Assembly: GCA_046292385.1 (NCBI GenBank) | Contig: JBKBRF010000058.1 | Coordinates: 1 to 37,014 of the forward strand | Source: Armatimonadota bacterium | GTDB lineage: Bacteria > Armatimonadota > SYMT01 | Direction: 5' to 3' | Length of the DNA: 37,014 nucleotides | In this document: piece after piece, positions 34,441 to 37,014 of the stretch | Layout of the letters: each line of letters opens with the position of its first letter | How positions within the stretch are numbered: position 1 is the first letter of the stretch | Notes under the pieces: model-generated | What the model was told of the DNA's origin: nothing | Databases searched by the model: none | Seen by the model: only the letters and a program-made list of their open reading frames with translations | Made by a program: the position numbers and the translations under genes

Positions 34441-34526
34441 CGCTCACTCCCGCTCTCTTTCCCCGCGGCATTCGGCCGCGCTGTTCCCTTACTTCTACTT
34501 CCCGCAAAACGTGACAGCGTCTATCC

Positions 34527-35456
34527 CTATTCGAGACGGACCTCCACCTGGCCCAGAAGTCGCTCCACGTCGGCCCGGCGGATGCCGCCCGGGTCCCACA
34601 CCACGGCGTTGGCCGCGCCGCAGGCGCCGCCCCACGCCAGGCACTCCCGCACGGAGTAGCCCTGCGCGGCGGCCCAGAGGAGCCCGGCGACCATCGAGTC
34701 GCCGCAGCCGAGGTCGTTGACCTCCTCCACGCGCGGCGGCACGATCCGGTACCGCTCCCCCGCCGCCATCGCCAGGGCGCCCTCCGCCCCGAGGGAGAGC
34801 AGCGCCACTTCCACCCCGTCCCGGTGCATCCGCTCCACGGCGGACCAGCGGTCGGCATCGCTCGTCAACCGCTCCCCCGTGGCGGACTCCCACTCCGCCA
34901 GGGTCGGCTTCGCCAGCCACGGCTGCATCTCCAGCGCCTGCCGGTGGAGCGGCCCGAACGAGTCGAGCGCCACCCGCAGCCCCCGCTGCCGCGCCTCGCG
35001 CACCATCCAGCCGACCAGCGGCGCCGCTGCGGGAGACGGCAGGCTACCACAGACGGCGACCGAGTGACAGCCGTCGAGGGCCCAGAGGAACCCCTCCCGC
35101 AGGCGCGGCAGATCGGCCTCCTCCCACTGCGGACCCGGCTCCAGGTAGTGCCAGTAGGTCCCGCTCTCGTCCTCGCAGACCGTAATGGCGGTCCGGGTCT
35201 CCCCCGCCACCGGCACGCCGGTCACCTCCATCCCCTCTCCGCGGGCGAGGTCGGCCACGTGCGCCCCGCGCGGCCCCGCCAGCGGCATGAAGGCCCGCGC
35301 GGGTGCGCCGAGCTCCAGCAGCGCCCGCGCCACGTTGATCCCCTTCCCGCCCGCCAGGTCGAGCGCCCGCCGCGCGCGGACCGTGGTCTGCGGCAGGTTG
35401 CGGTCGACCCAGAGCGTCTTGTCCAGCGCCGGGTTGAGGGTGACGGTCAGGAACAT
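34527..35456 (-). CDS. 1-phosphofructokinase-family (PfkB) hexose kinase
   Basis: TVTLNPALDKT, AGGKGINVAR, GETRT, CGSLP, SLGAEGA, GCGDSMVAG. Confidence 0.88.
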   Translation of the reverse strand: MFLTVTLNPALDKTLWVDRNLPQTTVRARRALDLAGGKGINVARALLELGAPARAFMPLAGPRGAHVADLARGEGMEVTGVPVAGETRTAITVCEDESGTYWHYLEPGPQWEEADLPRLREGFLWALDGCHSVAVCGSLPSPAAAPLVGWMVREARQRGLRVALDSFGPLHRQALEMQPWLAKPTLAEWESATGERLTSDADRWSAVERMHRDGVEVALLSLGAEGALAMAAGERYRIVPPRVEEVNDLGCGDSMVAGLLWAAAQGYSVRECLAWGGACGAANAVVWDPGGIRRADVERLLGQVEVRLE

Positions 35457-35555
35457 CGGTCTCCAGAGCTCGGGCGGGGCAGCGCGACTACCTGCCTGTT
35501 AAGTTACCACCGAAACGGGAACGCTTCACGCGTGTCAGCAGGAACACGTTCCGGT

Positions 35556-35584
35556 TTGCCCTCCCGCGGAGCCGCTGGTAACAT
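35556..35584 (+). promoter_or_regulatory. Putative sigma70 promoter for the hydrolase gene
   Basis: TTGCCC-N17-TAACAT with extended -10 TG. Confidence 0.5.
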
Positions 35585-35636
35585 GGGTCGGTCTGTCCCA
35601 CTCCCGCGCGAGTACGCCCCGATAGAGGTCGCCACC

Positions 35637-36725
35637 ATGAAGCACTCCGTCTCTCGAGCCGCGCTGGTCCTGGTGACCACGCTGCTGGTCGCCGTCGGCT
35701 GCCGCGCCCAGGCACCGGCCGCCGCCCCCGCGAGTCCGCAGGCGCTGCGGGAAGAGTTCCGGAAGACGGTGCTCGGAAGCCGCACCCCGACCCCGCTCAA
35801 CCCCCAGACGGTCAGCCAGAACACGCTGGGCAAGGTGAAGGTGGAGAAGGTCCGGTTCACGCCGGAGAAAGGGCAGGACGCCGTGGCGGTAATCTACCGG
35901 CCGGTGGCGGAGGGGAAGCACCCGACGGTGATCGTGCAGCACTTCCTCGGCGGCAGCAAGGACCACATCGCCTTCATCCCGCTGATGAACACGCTCGCCC
36001 AGCGCGGCTACGTGGTCGCGGCGATCGACGCCCGCTACCGCGGCGAGCGCCAGAACGGCAAGACGCTGGAGGCCGCGATGCTGGAGGCGCTGCGCGGCGG
36101 CCAGGAGCGCCCGTTCCTCTTCGATACCGCCTACGACCTCCTCCGCCTGATCGACTACCTGGAGACGCGGCCGGACGTCGACCCGCAGCGGATCGGGATG
36201 ACCGGCTTCTCCGAGGGCGGCATCCTGACCTGGATGTGCGCCGCGCTGGACGACCGGATCCGGGTGGCGGTCCCGATCATCGGCGTCACCAGCTTTGCGC
36301 AGGCGTTCGAAGACGGTCCGAGCCTGAACGAGAAAGTGCGGCTCTTCGAGCCGGTGCTGCGGGAGCACGCCCGCGACCTCGGCGAGAAGGAGATCAACGG
36401 CAAGGTGCTGCGCTCTGCCTGGCAGAAGCTGGTCCCCGGCATGCTCGACCGCTTCGACGCGCCGAACCTGCTCCCGCTGATCGCCCCGCGCCCGCTGCTG
36501 ATCCTGAACCACGAGCAGGACGAGCTCTTCCCGGTAGAGGGCGCGCGCCGGTGCTTCGCCGTCTGCCAGGCCCGCTACAAGGAGCTGAAGGCGGAAGGCC
36601 GCCTCGAGCTGCGGGTCGCGCCCGGTCTCAAGCACGCCGCCTTCAACTTCGGCGAAGTGACCAGCATGATGGACTGGATGGACCGCTGGCTCAAGCCGGG
36701 CGCCATGGCCGCCGCCGACAAGTAG
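35637..36725 (+). CDS. Exported alpha/beta hydrolase (esterase/dienelactone-hydrolase-like), possibly a lipoprotein
   Basis: GAGG RBS, ATG at 35637; AVGC lipobox-like motif; AIDARYRGER, DYLETRPDVDPQRIGMTGFSEGG nucleophile elbow, IAPRPLL, QDELFP, LKH. Confidence 0.85.
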   Translation: MKHSVSRAALVLVTTLLVAVGCRAQAPAAAPASPQALREEFRKTVLGSRTPTPLNPQTVSQNTLGKVKVEKVRFTPEKGQDAVAVIYRPVAEGKHPTVIVQHFLGGSKDHIAFIPLMNTLAQRGYVVAAIDARYRGERQNGKTLEAAMLEALRGGQERPFLFDTAYDLLRLIDYLETRPDVDPQRIGMTGFSEGGILTWMCAALDDRIRVAVPIIGVTSFAQAFEDGPSLNEKVRLFEPVLREHARDLGEKEINGKVLRSAWQKLVPGMLDRFDAPNLLPLIAPRPLLILNHEQDELFPVEGARRCFAVCQARYKELKAEGRLELRVAPGLKHAAFNFGEVTSMMDWMDRWLKPGAMAAADK

Positions 36726-36770
36726 GGGCAGCGCCCCCGCGAGCCCCGGGGCGGGATTATCTACCGAGCA

Positions 36771-36912
36771 AGCCTGTGGAGTGCGGGAGCTTGCTCCCGC
36801 TTTCGGCTGCCGAGATGAGACCTGGCTCTCGCTCGCCGGCTAGCTGCAGCTCAAGACGGAGGCAAGTAGCGTCGTCGGGAGGCTCCTCAAAGGGGAAGCA
36901 AGCTTCCGCACT
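36771..36912. repeat. REP doublet (REPIN-like), TGGAGTGCG family
   Basis: AGTGCGGGAGCTTGCTCCCGCTTT (36780-36803) versus AAAGGGGAAGCAAGCTTCCGCACT (36889-36912), 21/24 inverted match; each arm is self-palindromic. Confidence 0.8.
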
Positions 36913-36927
36913 TGTATGTTAGCTCCA

Positions 36928-37010
36928 GGTGGGAAGGAAGAAGAAGGTCACCCGCACTTGCCGCCCTTCGGGGACGGACGTTTGGAGAAGACCTCTTCTT
37001 CCCTCTCACC
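36928..37010. repeat. Imperfect ~21-bp inverted repeat, purine arm first
   Basis: GGTGGGAAGGAAGAAGAAGGTC and GACCTCTTCTTCCCTCTCACC. Confidence 0.65.
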
Positions 37011-37014
37011 GCCG

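Noticed and set aside
34824..35636. N-terminal 271 aa of the 633-aa ORF
   Set aside because: Overlaps the pfkB-like gene on the opposite strand; the RBS, promoter and signal peptide support the ATG at 35637.
1..37014. tRNA, rRNA, riboswitch, transposase, integrase or prophage genes
   Set aside because: No recognisable signatures seen by eye; a covariance-model scan would be needed to exclude small RNAs.

Overview
High-GC bacterial chromosomal window. Der and RarA look Terrabacteria-like, while PSD1/DUF1501, the PQQ-like propeller and the PDZ-M6 protease are PVC-type genes; an Armatimonadota-like host is a guess, not shown. From left to right: a double zinc-ribbon protein, a fuconolactonase-like amidohydrolase and rarA (all minus); a ~12 kb sugar locus with 3 CUT2 binding lipoproteins, 3 permeases, a DUF2961/GH172 enzyme and a GH127-like enzyme but no ABC ATPase; a 2xPDZ-M6 metalloprotease; an SBBP+HYR surface protein with a DUF1573 partner; an orphan CRISPR array (15 full 37-bp repeats plus one degenerate repeat, minus strand, no cas genes in the window); a PQQ-like propeller, CE15 esterase, PSD1/DUF1501 pair, PlsC-like acyltransferase, der, PfkB kinase and alpha/beta hydrolase. 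Most notable: (i) the CRISPR repeat has two mutually exclusive hairpins that would leave either an 11-nt (Cas5c-type) or an 8-nt (Cas6-type) handle; (ii) many intergenic gaps hold REP/MITE-like or short-period inverted repeats from about 8-9 families, with a consistent purine-arm-first polarity; (iii) the furanoside-utilisation ABC locus has no ATPase. All family assignments come from motif recognition by eye, not database searches.
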